From: Chiloscyllium plagiosum
Lineage: Eukaryota
DNA: 64,000 bases
Direction: 5' to 3'
NCBI RefSeq assembly: GCF_004010195.1
Contig: NC_057751.1
Span: 3,006,379 to 3,070,378 of the forward strand
Position numbers and translations under genes: made by a program. Numbering within the stretch: the stretch's first letter is position 1; each line of letters begins with the position of its first letter. Shown here piece by piece: positions 54,501 through 62,950 of the stretch. The notes under the pieces were generated by a model that saw only the letters and a list, made by a program, of their open reading frames with translations, made no database searches and was not told where the DNA came from.

Positions 54501-57315
54501 GTCTGAAATCACAGCCCCCAACTCGCGAGCCCTTTGCTCAGTGTGATTCCTCAGGCATGCAGAGGGTGACAGTGGGGGAGCTGTGAACCATGTTTATACC
54601 AAGCTGTGGGGAGGGACTGTGTCTGTCAGGCCTGAACTGCATGTCTGAACCCCCAGTCAGGGACCATCACTTCATTGGAGAAGCTGGGATTCTCTACACA
54701 GATTCCCATCTGATATGGGGTCAGAGCTGGAGACTGCTCCAAGGAGGAGGTTACCCAGAGAGGTCGATGTAATCCTCAGCACACTCATGGTGTGTCTGTC
54801 TGTCTGTTTGTGTGTGTGTCTCATTATGTCTGTGTCTGTATCTATGTGTGTGTGTGTCTGTGTTTGCGTGTGTGCACACGCGCTGGAGGGGTCAACGCCC
54901 ACAGATCTCTTCCTCCTCCTCTGCCCACTTTACATGCCCGTCTCTCTGAGTGGGTACTGCCAGTAAGGGAACAAATGGTGGACCCAATGTCCCCATGGCA
55001 ACAGGTTAAACTTGCACTGTGTTCCCTGTGCCAACCATGCTAGCACTGACTTTCCTGTCCACCATGATGTTCAGACTGGCTGTACCGATTCTGTCACTGT
55101 TGAGTCAGCCACTCCCTCTCCTTGCTTTAGCACATGGTCACTGCAGTCCTGAGACTGTCTGCGAACACTGAAGGGGATTGACAGAACAACACTGTAAGAA
55201 TGTGTCTGTCAGGCACAGCTACCCAGGAGATCTCCCTGGAACAGAGGTCAGTGCATCAGGGAGGCAGGGAGAAATCTGAATCCCTTTTGTGTTCCAGACA
55301 AGGTGGAGAGTGAACAAGAAAGGAGTTGGGGGATTGCTGGTCTTCTGATCTAATCGCTCTCTCTCCTGTCCATTGCAGGCTAAGACTGGCATCTTTTGAC
55401 AGCAATGGGAAAGTGATCTGTAGCCGATCAACAGGTTACCAGATCTTGTCACTGGAAAAAGACCAGGTACGTTGATGTGCAGTGACTGGGTGCATGGGGA
55501 AAGCAATCACTGCCAGGTTTTCAACTGAACCTCCCATTGGGTGTGCACAGTTTCCTCAACATCCTTCAAATCTCCAAGTTTGTGAGTCGTGCCTTTCCTG
55601 GTGAACCTTGAAACAAGAGCAGTCTAACAGGAAGAAGACAGAATGCTGAACTGCATTGTAAAGGATGTCATTGCAGAGCACGTAGAAGCTAGTGACAGGA
55701 TCACAATGAGTCAGCGGGGATTTCTGAAGGGGAATCTTCCCTTACAAATGTGCTGCAATGGTTTTCAGGGTGTGACTCGTAGATTGGGTAAGGTGGGAGG
55801 TGGGGGCATGCAGTGCCAGTGGTTGTGATTTGTTCAGACTTTCAGAAGGGTTTGAATAAGGTCCCATGTGAGAGATTAGCCTGTGAAATTAAAACCCTGT
55901 GGGATTGTGGCAGTGTCTTCAGATGGTCAGAAATCTGTTCAGCTGATCGCAAACCAAGGGAAAGAATAAATGGGCCCTTCTCCAAATAGCAGGCAATGAC
56001 TAGTGGGGTGTCGCAAGGGTCAGTGAAGGTCTCCAGTTATTCATAATGTATGTTAATGTTTCGATGAGGCAAGTACATGTCAGATCTCCAAATTTACACA
56101 TGACATAAAGCTGGGTGGGGAGGATGCAGTGATATTGCAATGTGATTTGGACAGGCTGACGGAGTGTAATGTGTTTCAGTGTGAGGTTATCAGCTGTCAT
56201 TAGTAAAAGCAGGAGGGCCATGACATGATAGGAATGGTCGTCAGCTGGGAAGACGGCAGTGTCCTGGTCCACCACTCGCTGAAGGGAAGCGAGCAGCTGC
56301 CATCAGTGGGTAAGAAGGCAAGTGAGACGCTGGCCTTCGCACTGTGAGAAATCGAGTACAGGAACACTGATGTCTTGTTGCTGTTACACTGGGCTTTGGT
56401 GTAACCACACCTGGAATCTTGTGTGCAGTTTTGGTCTCCTTACCCAAGGAACGAAGTTGGGGCTCATGAGGCACTTACTGGGATTGCAGGACTGACCTTT
56501 GAGAGAGACTCGATCTGTTAGGCTTGTATTCAGTTGAGTTTTGGAGAATGGGGTGGATCTCCCAGACACCGAGAAAATTCTAACTTGGCGAGATGCAAGA
56601 AGGATGTTCCTAATGACCAGGGAGTCCAGAACGAGAGGGTCGCAGTCTAAAGGAAAAGGAGTGGGCCATTTAGGACAGAAGTGAGGAGGGATTTTTTTAC
56701 CAAGGGAGTGGTGAACCTGAGGACTTCCCTAGCACAGGAAAGTGTTGAGGCTAAAACGTGAAAGACTTTCAAGAAAGCCGTAGATGCAATATTTCAGCCT
56801 GAAGGGATCACAGGCTATTGAGTGAAAGCAGGGAACAGGAGACTGAGTTCGATGATCAAGCATGGTCCTATTGAACACAGAGCACGTTCAAGGGGCTGAA
56901 TGGCCTAATCTTCCACCTGTGTTTCCCAATTCATCTCATAACCACCTGACTGATCCCATCATATCCCAACACAACATCCCAATGGATCTCGACCCCCACC
57001 CCCCAGCTCACTGTATGATGCCAGAGCAGAGGAGTTTGTTTTTAGGGGTGGGCGGAGGTGGTGGGAGGAGTGGAGAGTTAGTTTCCACGCTCAGCTCTGA
57101 GCTGGTGCTGGTGTCGAGTCTGGGTGTGAAGTGTGTTGCCTTTGTTCCAATGTGCTGCTCACACGCTGGGTTCTCTTTGGATGCAGGAACAGGTGGTGCT
57201 GAATCTGGACAGCAGACTCCTGATGTTCCCGCTCTACATCTGCTGCAATTTCCTTTATACGTCGGCAGATCCAAAACCAGAGACTGACGAGCAGCCAGAA
57301 CAGAGGGAGGACTGA
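6329..57315 (+). CDS. gmcl1: germ cell-less protein-like 1, whole coding span (13 exons seen, 1 inferred in gap; about 498 aa if the missing exon is 85 nt)
   Basis: Spliced translation gives RKKLKSTSKYIYQTLF...LHKIYLCQSGYFSSMFSGSWKES...LQVAFGSLYRDDVLI...YCWRWTGFSFGFDLLVTYTNR...LDSRLLMFPLYICCNFLY, matching vertebrate GMCL1 as I recall it. All introns are GT-AG and phases agree except across the N gap. Confidence 0.97.
7095..7525 (+). mobile_element. CR1 LINE 3' fragment
   Basis: Similar to 3610-4090. Confidence 0.75.
7990..8100 (-). mobile_element. PLE terminal repeat (family C) with near-intact hammerhead motif
   Basis: Reverse strand CCA-CTGATGA-T-GTTACC-cagcca-GGTAAT-GAATC-GTC-TGG at 8009-8048. 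Confidence 0.7.
8270..8530 (-). mobile_element. diverged V-SINE
   Basis: Reverse-strand GGTTAGCACTACTGCCTGACAGCACCAGG head and GGAGTTTGCAT V-domain start. Confidence 0.7.
9063..9186 (+). CDS. gmcl1: gmcl1 exon 2 (start of BTB domain)
   Basis: Acceptor ttcttttcacag; KKLKSTSKYIYQTLFLAGENSDITICALGQEWHLHKIYLCQ; donor CAG|GTAGG; 124 nt. Confidence 0.97.
9200..10955. repeat. GC-rich minisatellite, 45-bp unit (41-47 bp variants), about 40 copies
   Basis: Unit GGGCACTGCCCCCTTTACGGGGCGTCCCTGTGTCAGGGGGAGAGA; 15-aa periodicity in the ORF track. Confidence 0.97.
11270..12630 (-). mobile_element. nested CR1 LINE 3' fragments with a SINE tail (about 11420-11570)
   Basis: Reverse-strand LVRPLLEYCVQSWSP-type sequence near 11950-11990; tail ATAGAAAAGTACAGCACAAAACAGGCCC near 12470 is shared with 44400. 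Confidence 0.8.
14750..15050 (+). mobile_element. SINE (non-V type) sharing a tail with the CR1/L2-group LINE below
   Basis: Degenerate B-box-like head; body GGAATCTGCCATCCTT..GGCCTACATGTGACTC also seen reversed near 11520-11560; tail GGGATGGGCAGGAAATGCTGGCCCAGCC. Confidence 0.6.
15573..15669 (+). CDS. gmcl1: gmcl1 exon 3
   Basis: Acceptor tattttgcag; SGYFSSMFSGSWKESNMSYIELEIPDQNIDTE; donor AAG|GTACG; 97 nt. Confidence 0.97.
16058..16600 (-). mobile_element. CR1/L2-group LINE 3' end
   Basis: AQVRSGMEYSSLAWMSA C-terminal motif; homologous to 28650-29190 and 31490-32170. Confidence 0.75.
17248..17570 (+). mobile_element. V-SINE, near full length
   Basis: tRNA-like head, V-domain and CR1-like tail. 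Confidence 0.85.
19688..20530 (-). mobile_element. CR1 LINE 3' fragment
   Basis: PGLEGLSYGERRYRLGLFSLE..LGGDLTEVYKI; nearly identical to 37015-37405. Confidence 0.88.
21590..22450 (-). mobile_element. old CR1 LINE RT fragment
   Basis: Decayed GVPQGSVLGP and YLDVQKTF motifs on the reverse strand. Confidence 0.7.
23290..24130 (-). mobile_element. CR1/L2-group LINE internal fragment
   Basis: DNIPPTVLKACAPELAAPL, a pre-RT motif. Confidence 0.7.
24730..25012 (+). mobile_element. PLE terminal repeat (family A) nested in a minus-strand V-SINE
   Basis: ATTC-CTGATGA-AAGGC-tttt-GCCC-AAAAC-GTC-GATTTT at 24881-24918, then the full family A tail; SINE pieces on both sides. Confidence 0.75.
25384..25525. 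mobile_element. 142-bp MITE of Tc1/mariner-pogo (Tigger-like) type
   Basis: Imperfect terminal inverted repeats CACAGGAACGTCATTACCCAA and TCGGATAATTGAGGTTCCTCTG, with TA on both sides. Confidence 0.65.
25555..27105 (+). mobile_element. decayed Penelope-like retroelement (RT plus GIY-YIG), inverted terminal repeat at 5' end and direct one at 3' end
   Basis: From 25711: LAELVLTFNNFSF..FLQTKGVAMSTCMGPSFACLF..LRYINK, then HPEL*FT..LPFLDL, then FTCTSKHLIYCVCCSSC..IGETG. Contains stops and frameshifts. Confidence 0.88.
28650..29190 (+). mobile_element. CR1/L2-group LINE 3' end
   Basis: Homologous to the reverse complement of 16058-16600; tail CGGTTCAAGAAGGCAGCTCACCCCCACCTTCTCAAGGG. Confidence 0.75.
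29555..29652 (+). CDS. gmcl1: gmcl1 exon 4
   Basis: Acceptor ctcctcctgcag; ALQVAFGSLYRDDVLIHPSRVVTILAAACMLQL; donor CTG|GTAAG; 98 nt. Confidence 0.97.
31490..32170 (-). mobile_element. CR1/L2-group LINE 3' end
   Basis: ESPTVNILGIIMDQKLFWTDHIN motif; same tail family as 28650. Confidence 0.72.
32905..33440 (+). mobile_element. CR1 LINE 3' fragment
   Basis: LLEYCVQF..ERLDRLGLF. Confidence 0.75.
34233..34345 (+). CDS. gmcl1: gmcl1 exon 5 (BTB/BACK boundary)
   Basis: Acceptor tgtttcccaaag; DALIQQCGETMKETITSKSVCGFYTAAGTYGLDSVKQ; donor AAG|GTAAG; 113 nt. Confidence 0.97.
34542..34607 (+). CDS. gmcl1: gmcl1 exon 6
   Basis: Acceptor ttcctttgcag; CFEWLLNNLMTHQNVELLKDL; donor CAG|GTAATG, phase 2; 66 nt. 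Confidence 0.96.
34764..35263. other. assembly gap (500 N), probably hiding gmcl1 exon 7
   Basis: Run of N; exon 6 ends in phase 2 and the next visible exon starts in phase 0. Confidence 0.9.
35691..35781 (+). CDS. gmcl1: gmcl1 exon 8
   Basis: Acceptor tttgttttaacag; WMFLQLVPSWNGPLKQLLSDADNWLSKRRK; donor AAG|GTGAG; 91 nt. Confidence 0.97.
36314..36620 (+). mobile_element. V-SINE (HE1-like), full length
   Basis: tRNA-like head with GGTTCAAATCC B box, V-domain and (TAATC)n tail. Confidence 0.9.
36772..38065. mobile_element. cluster: CR1 on minus (36772-37405), CR1 on plus (37410-38065) with nested V-SINE (37697-38015)
   Basis: LYRTLVRPLSEYCVQFWSP on the minus strand; V-domain at 37780-37880. 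Confidence 0.82.
38980..39465. repeat. CT-rich low-complexity tract with a 76-bp tandem duplication (about 39105-39256)
   Basis: AAGTATGTCCACCTCTC..CAGAGCACTCACTCTGTCCT starts at both 39121 and 39197. Confidence 0.8.
39805..40780 (-). mobile_element. CR1 LINE RT and 3' fragment
   Basis: LGPLLFT..DLEEGSQCTLATFADHTKI (decayed FADDTK); EAVQRILTRMVPGMEGLS. Confidence 0.85.
41123..41263 (+). CDS. gmcl1: gmcl1 exon 9
   Basis: Acceptor cctttccttcag; DSCNYSSFLDSEQGQRFAGVFSHLRLQYVINDLISAKIIERDMIIPS; donor CAG|GTAAG; 141 nt. Confidence 0.95.
41855..41924 (+). CDS. gmcl1: gmcl1 exon 10
   Basis: Acceptor ctgtttcccag; GWLVSVYKQQWFTMLRTEQDNDV; donor GG|GTAGGT; 70 nt. Confidence 0.96.
42640..42806. mobile_element. 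inverted pair of family B PLE-type terminal repeats
   Basis: Antisense piece 42640-42702, then sense CTGATTA..CTCC-GAAAGCT..AATAAACCTG..CCCAGTCCAACA..CCTCCACATC. Confidence 0.65.
43112..44720. mobile_element. cluster: V-SINE on plus (43112-43410) and CR1 fragments on minus (43430-44260, 44395-44720)
   Basis: SINE head and V-domain; LVRPHLEDWVQF; RSFTQRVVNAWNALP. Confidence 0.8.
45213..46565. repeat. 33-bp minisatellite spanning a 387-N gap (45982-46368)
   Basis: Unit CACTGACCCTCCGACAGTGCGGCACTCCCTCAG; 11-aa periodicity in the ORF track. Confidence 0.93.
46675..46750 (+). CDS. gmcl1: gmcl1 exon 11
   Basis: Acceptor tgctctttgcag; PKEINKEQCEVCSMRCGRKLVKDGD; donor GAT|GTAAGT; 76 nt. Confidence 0.96.
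47048..47755 (-). mobile_element. CR1 3' fragment with nested family C PLE 3' end (about 47200-47510)
   Basis: KLERVQKRFTRMLPGLESLSY; nested reverse-strand EFLEAWHSNRNSINKHIELDPIY and a decayed hammerhead motif at 47270-47310. Confidence 0.82.
48322..48623 (-). mobile_element. family C PLE 3' end insertion, 15-bp TSD, terminal inversion
   Basis: CAAGTTGATAGAGTT at 48307-48321 and 48624-48638; reverse strand encodes SSTNSINKHIDLDPIYRPL. Confidence 0.88.
48389..48428 (-). ncRNA. minimal type I hammerhead ribozyme motif with intact core
   Basis: Reverse strand GCA-CUGAUGA-U-GUCGCCU-agcc-AGGGGAC-GAAAC-GUU-UGC. Confidence 0.75.
51705..51850 (+). CDS. gmcl1: gmcl1 exon 12 (C-terminal GCL domain)
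   Basis: Acceptor cctctccccag; YCWRWTGFSFGFDLLVTYTNRFIIFKRNSLSQPCNGAVSLLPRRNIAF; donor CG|GTAGG; 146 nt. Confidence 0.97.
54790..54875. repeat. imperfect (GT)n/(GTCT)n microsatellite
   Basis: Seen directly. Confidence 0.8.
55379..55466 (+). CDS. gmcl1: gmcl1 exon 13
   Basis: Acceptor ctgtccattgcag; LRLASFDSNGKVICSRSTGYQILSLEKDQ; donor CAG|GTACG; 88 nt. Confidence 0.97.
55640..56920 (+). mobile_element. old CR1 LINE RT to 3' end
   Basis: IVKDVIAEH..SQRGFLKG, decayed SGVSQGSV and CVQFWSPY motifs. Confidence 0.8.
57187..57315 (+). CDS. gmcl1: gmcl1 exon 14, last coding exon
   Basis: Acceptor ttctctttggatgcag; EQVVLNLDSRLLMFPLYICCNFLYTSADPKPETDEQPEQRED then TGA. Confidence 0.96.
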   Translation, partial: EQVVLNLDSRLLMFPLYICCNFLYTSADPKPETDEQPEQRED

Positions 57316-57346
57316 CAGAGGGCGTCCCTTCGTAATCTCTGTGTGA

Positions 57347-57377
<31 letters not shown>

Positions 57378-58424
57378 GAGAGCTGCCCTTCTCCAGGAGC
57401 ACTGGAACTGACCCGACTGGGGTCAGGACAGCATTTCCTCCCCATTCATTCCTGCTGGTCAGAAGGGGATATACATTAGCATCAACTAGGTCTTCCTGTT
57501 TGCTCTCTGTGCAGGATTTGTTTGTGATGCAGTCCTTACTTCAGACGTGGGTTAATGGAGAAGGGTATGGAAGCTTCCAGAAGCCACTGAACCAAGCTCT
57601 CCTTGTCTCGCAGTCTCCCAAGTTGTGAACCACTCTGGCATTTTAACCAGCAATAATGTTTGTAGGGGACATGCCCTGGACACCCTTTCTTTATCAGCTG
57701 GAGCTGGCATTCCCTCCCAGTTTGACCAATTCCACTTGATTCAGGGATTTGTGCACAGGGACCACTCCGATTCCTGGTCCCAACTAACCAAAGCGAGTTC
57801 AGGGACCACTGTGCGAGAATTCGGCTGATCACAAGGTCGGGAGAGGGGAAGCCGAACTCTGCAGACACTGCCTGATGACCCAGCAGCAGAGACAGACACT
57901 CAGCTTTATCCACCCCTCCCCCCACCGTCACCGACTCAGGGGCGTAGAGCGTGGCTCGGACCCCAGGACCACCTCACTTGAATGGGACACATCTCACTCT
58001 GGTCAAAGTAGAGCTGGGCTCACCTTCCACATCCAAGTCAGGAGCAGAGAAGGGCCGGATGAGACACTGTCCTCTCTCAGCACCCCCCAAAGAACATGTG
58101 CGTTTAACTGAAGTGTTGGTGCATCGTTTTACACAGCATTGTGTGCCTGGGAGGACTACACCATTCCGAAGCTCAGCAATACAGGTCTTATTTGTACATG
58201 GAGAAAGCTATCCATGCATGACAGCAGTGAGAAATATCAGTCGCACTCTGTTCACCTCGCTGTGTTGTATCATAGTCGAATGTGTTCGTCCCTTTTACAG
58301 ACGCAGCACGGCATAGTGTGCAGGAAGTGAAGGCGATGACTGATGGTGTACCTTCAGTTTGAAGTGTTGAACTCCAACACTTGTATTGTTTGTGTGTGTA
58401 TTGGACTCACGGTATTCTGCAATT

Positions 58425-58430
58425 ATTAAA
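58425..58430 (+). terminator. likely gmcl1 polyadenylation signal (ATTAAA)
   Basis: ATTAAA followed about 20-35 nt later by U/GU-rich CTGTTTCTTTTTGTTTCTC; implies a 3' UTR of about 1.1 kb. Confidence 0.55.
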
Positions 58431-61382
58431 CAGAGTGCACTGTTCACTGTTTCTTTTTGTTTCTCACAATGACTCAAGAAGAGAAAATTGTTTCAGGAAT
58501 GTAACTGTGAGGGGAGAGGCTATGGCTTCAGGGTGGTCCACATGCAGACATTGTAGTCAGCACCCCCTGTAACTCAACCCACCCTGACTTTGTTTTGAAA
58601 GGTTTGGTTCAGGGTCTGGATAAACACAACATTGGTAACCCCCTGAAAGAGGCAAACCTCCAACGTTTAACACTAATCCTTTCTGCAAATCTTAATCTCT
58701 GCCCATTCTCTCCCAGAACCTTTTCACACGACTTCCTTGGCTGGTTGCAATGATGTTATTTTGAAAAGTATCCTCTATTTGGAAGATGGTTTTCTCCCAA
58801 ACCCAAAGGACTTTCTCTTTGAAATGGAGTTGGACCTTCTTGAGTCAAACAGAAGAGTGAAGTTGTAAGTTACTCATTTTAGAGAGAATAACAAGGCACT
58901 GCACACATAGAAGACGTGGGTCTGAGAAAGATAAGACTTAAAACAAAAACAGGTGAGTCTCTTGAGTTCCTTGAAGCGTAGATGATGGGGTGCTGTAGTT
59001 TATTTTCAACTGCTTTGTAGGTCAGCTCAATGGGCTGCAACCTGTTTCCATTCAGTTGGAGCATTTGGAGTGAGAGAGGAGATTTTTCACTTATTACCTG
59101 CAGTGTTGGGATGTTTCACATCTAAACTCAAACAGTGGTGTCCACACATTGGAGTGGACTAACACAAACAGAGCAGGGTTGAAAGAAAGCTTATCACAAA
59201 TCACAATCCAGCTTGTTTTAACTTGCCGGTCTCCCTTTCCCTTGGTGCGTTCAGGTGTGAATGAAGCAGCTAAGGTGGGATGAGGAAGAAATGAACAAAG
59301 GCTTGGTGGAGGAGGTCAGTACTCATGGGAGGGAAGTGTCAGAGGCTGTATCTCCTGCCTGAGTCCCAGGAAACAAGGATCGCCCATTTCAGAATGAGAT
59401 GAGTAATTCCTTCCCTCAGGGGGCTGGGAATCTTGGGAGTTGCTCGTCATTACCTGTTCTCAGTACTAGGATTGGTAGACTTGTGAACACGAAGGGATTC
59501 AACAGCATAGAGGGAGCAAGTGTGGAAGTGAACAAAGGACCAGCTCTGATCGATCCCAACTTCAGACAGCTTGTTCCTGTAACAGGAGTGATCCACATGA
59601 ATCCCAGTGTTGTGCCTATTGGTGAGAGAAGACTAGCAGCCTGATCTTGTTCCAGGTGATGCAGACTCCCACCGCCCCTCCCCATGTGGATATCTCGGTG
59701 TGCTGTGCTGTGTATTCAGGGTCCTCCCTGCTGTCCACCTTCAGGCTTGGCTAATGTGTCCTGCCATGTGCCGAGACAGAGCCCCATTCAGGGAACGGTC
59801 TGAGCCTCTGGGCTGATTCAGAACTCACACCCCGGTGGAAAGGCAATGCTTTCTGCGAAACCAACTCTCTGTGAAGTGAGCAGTTCAGCCTCATACTGGG
59901 TGTACCATGACAACCTCAGATTGGAGGGATCAGGCAAAGACAATCATGTTTTTTTGCTGATTGGCAGCAAGCTGATGTTGTATTTTAACCCGATGTTAAC
60001 ACTGTCCAGGATGTAGAGCAGGCCCAGGCCTGCAGCTATAGGGCATTAATGCCAAGGGCTGTGTCTGTCTGCCTGGTGATGTGCTGACATGTTGGGGCCA
60101 TTGGTGACTGCCCATTGCCTGCCTGCAGGTGGCGGTGTTGAGCTGTCTGTCAGGTCAGTGACTTGAGCACAGGATTCTGACAGCATCGTGGTGAACCTGT
60201 AACATATTACACAGGCCCAGGCCTGCAATGCATCTTGTACTAATAAGCACACTGCTCACATGAAGGGGTCACCCATAAACCAGGAACTAACTCTCTCGGC
60301 GTGCAGTCACACCTTCAGGGACACTTTTTGTCAACCTCAGCACAGAATTCACACTGACATGCCAAAAGCAGGACTGAGGAGTGCCACATTGTCGGAGGGT
60401 CAGTGCTGGGAAAGGGACACACAGTGGGAAGAGGTGACCCCTGGTCTGCTGACAGATTTGTCAAGCAATCATTATGTAATTGCTGTTGGTGTGTTCTGAC
60501 TGTGTGAGCCATGTCTACTGCTGTGTCTCCGTCACAACAGTCAAAACTCTTACATCATGATATTGTTGACTCTAATTACGTGGGAATGTTGTGCTGTTTG
60601 AGATATCAGGAATAATCCTGCTGCTGGCATTGGATGGAGATGTGGTGCAGAGGATCAGGTATCTGTTTCTGAACCAGAAGTTCAGGTTTAATCCCTCTGC
60701 AGATCTTGACAGCCCTGGAAGGCGAGTTCAGAACAGGGATAAATGAGACTCTTTGTACTTCCTGTGTCAGTAACCCCCAACATGGCTGTTTGTACAGCAA
60801 TCCTGAAGGAACAGGAACACCCCATTCAGGTTTGTGAGTGAATCTCCAGTGTGATGACACTTGGAAGCAAGTCTGCCAAGCTACTGCATTGGAGCAGGGT
60901 CACAGGCTGAAGAAAACATTGGCAATTAAAACAACAGAGCCTCAGGACTCATTGGCGAGCTGACCCTCCTGTGTCAGAGCATTGTCTTCGGACATCCCTA
61001 ACTCCTGTTTCCCCATCAGACCCTGTGTCTCTGTTAGCTCCTGCTTCAGCACCTCAACAACTTAAAAATACTCATCCCCTGTTTCCAAGACCCTTCACAG
61101 AGTCAACTCCTATATCCCTCATCTCCCACCCTGCAGAATCTCCCTGTTCGTCCAAGCCTGGCCTCTTGAACATTAATAAACTGAATCATTCCAGGATGTT
61201 GGGTATGCTTTCCACTTGCCTGGCCCCTGCTCCTGGGATTCCCTACCCCTCTCCCAAACCCCAAGAGGTCATGACCCCAACACTGTCCTCTGTAAATGTG
61301 CTTCTCAAACAGTGCCTGACTGTAAATATTAGTGCCTGCTCGCCTGACATCATCTATGTGACCAGATGTCAGATTTTGTTGG

Positions 61383-61708
61383 ATTAGATTAGATTACTTA
61401 CAGTGTGGAAACAGGCCCTTCGGCCCAACAAGTCCACACCGCCCTGTCGAAGCGCAACCCACCCATACCCCTACATTTACCCCTTACCTAACACTACGGG
61501 CAATTTAGCATGGCCAATTCACCTGACCCTGCACATCCTTGGACTGTGGGAGGAAACCGGAGCACCCGGAGGAAACCCACGCAGACACGGGGAGAACGTG
61601 CAAACTCCACACAGTCAGTCACCTGAGGCGGGAATTGAACCCGGGTCTCTGGCGCTGTGAGGCAGCAGTGCTAACCACTGTGCCGCCCACTGCCACCGTG
61701 CCGCCCAC
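61383..61708 (-). mobile_element. V-SINE (HE1-like), full length
   Basis: Reverse complement closely matches 36314-36620. Confidence 0.9.
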
Positions 61709-62139
61709 AGGAGCAGGATAACACCGTGCCGCCCACAGGATAACAACAGGAGCAGCTGCTCAGGATGTTTGACTTGGTTAAAAAAGGTGCTGTGTAAATG
61801 CCAGTTGTTGTTCCAGCCATGCCTGTGGGTCTCGGAGCTGTACCTGACTGCTGCTCAGCTATGTATCAATGTAAGCCTTGCAGGAAGCACCATTCACTGA
61901 GATTTTCATGATAAGTCCCATCTCACAACTTCATCTCTTTATGGTCAGGTTCACCATGTTGGAACAGTATCATATCCTCTTGCAAGTTTTACTCCAGCCT
62001 CAGAGTCACAGTTTAATACAGTCCTATTATTCACATTTGTTGGTCATGATCGAAGCGAAATCAGTTAAGACAATGAGTTTCCCGAGGCTGATGGGAAGTG
62101 TCATTTCTGGTTCTGTGCTCCTTGACAGAGGTAGGATCT

Positions 62140-62950
62140 GTCCTGTGTCCTGTTGTTTGTCCCTGAGGAGTGGCAGATGCAGTTTAATCTGGATAAATGT
62201 GGCATATTGCACTTTGGTTTAAAAAAAAATGACTCTTTGTCCAGGTAATGGGAGGGTCCCGGGTGGGCTTGGAAAACAGAAAACCAAGCGGTTCAGAAAT
62301 CATATTCTTTGAACTTGGCATCACAGGTAGACAGGATAGTTAAGAAGGCATTTCGCACACTTACCTTCATTGCTCAGAGCTTTGAGTATCAGATTTGAAA
62401 TATCATTTTGAGGTTATGCAGGATGTTGGTCAGGCCACTTGTGGAGTGTACAGTTCTGGTCACCCTGCTATCGGAAGGATCTTGTTATATGAGAGAGGGT
62501 TCAGAAAAGATTTACAAGGATGTTGCAGGGTTTGAGTTGTAAGGATAGGCTGGGAGTTTTTCACTGGAGTGTCAGAGGTTGAAGAGTGACCTGATGGAGG
62601 TTTGTAAAGTCATGGGTGAACGCATATAAGGAGAATAGTAACAGTCTTTCCCTCGGGCAGGGAAGTTTAAAACAAGGGGGCGTAGATATAAGACGAGAGG
62701 ACAAAGATTTAAAAGGGGTTAAAGGGGAAAGGTTTTCACACACACGGTGGTTCATGTGTGGAATGAGCTGCCTGAGGAAATGCTGGATGTGGATGCACTC
62801 CGTGTTTAAGAGACATTTGGGGAGGTCAATGAATAGCAATGGTTTGGAAGGATATGGGCCCAAAACGTGCAGGTTGGGCTAGTTTAGTTTGGGAGCACGG
62901 TTGGCATGGCCTAGTCAGACCGAAGGGTCAGTTTCCATGCTGTGCAACTA
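62140..62950 (+). mobile_element. CR1 LINE 3' fragment
   Basis: GAGAGGGTTCAGAAAAGATTTACAAGGATGTTG and the tail shared with other copies. Confidence 0.8.

Noticed and set aside
57515..57532. DLFVMQ as the displaced missing exon 7 (recalled human NLFVMQ)
   Set aside because: The match is only five residues, the flanks do not fit, and it lies downstream of the stop codon; treated as chance.
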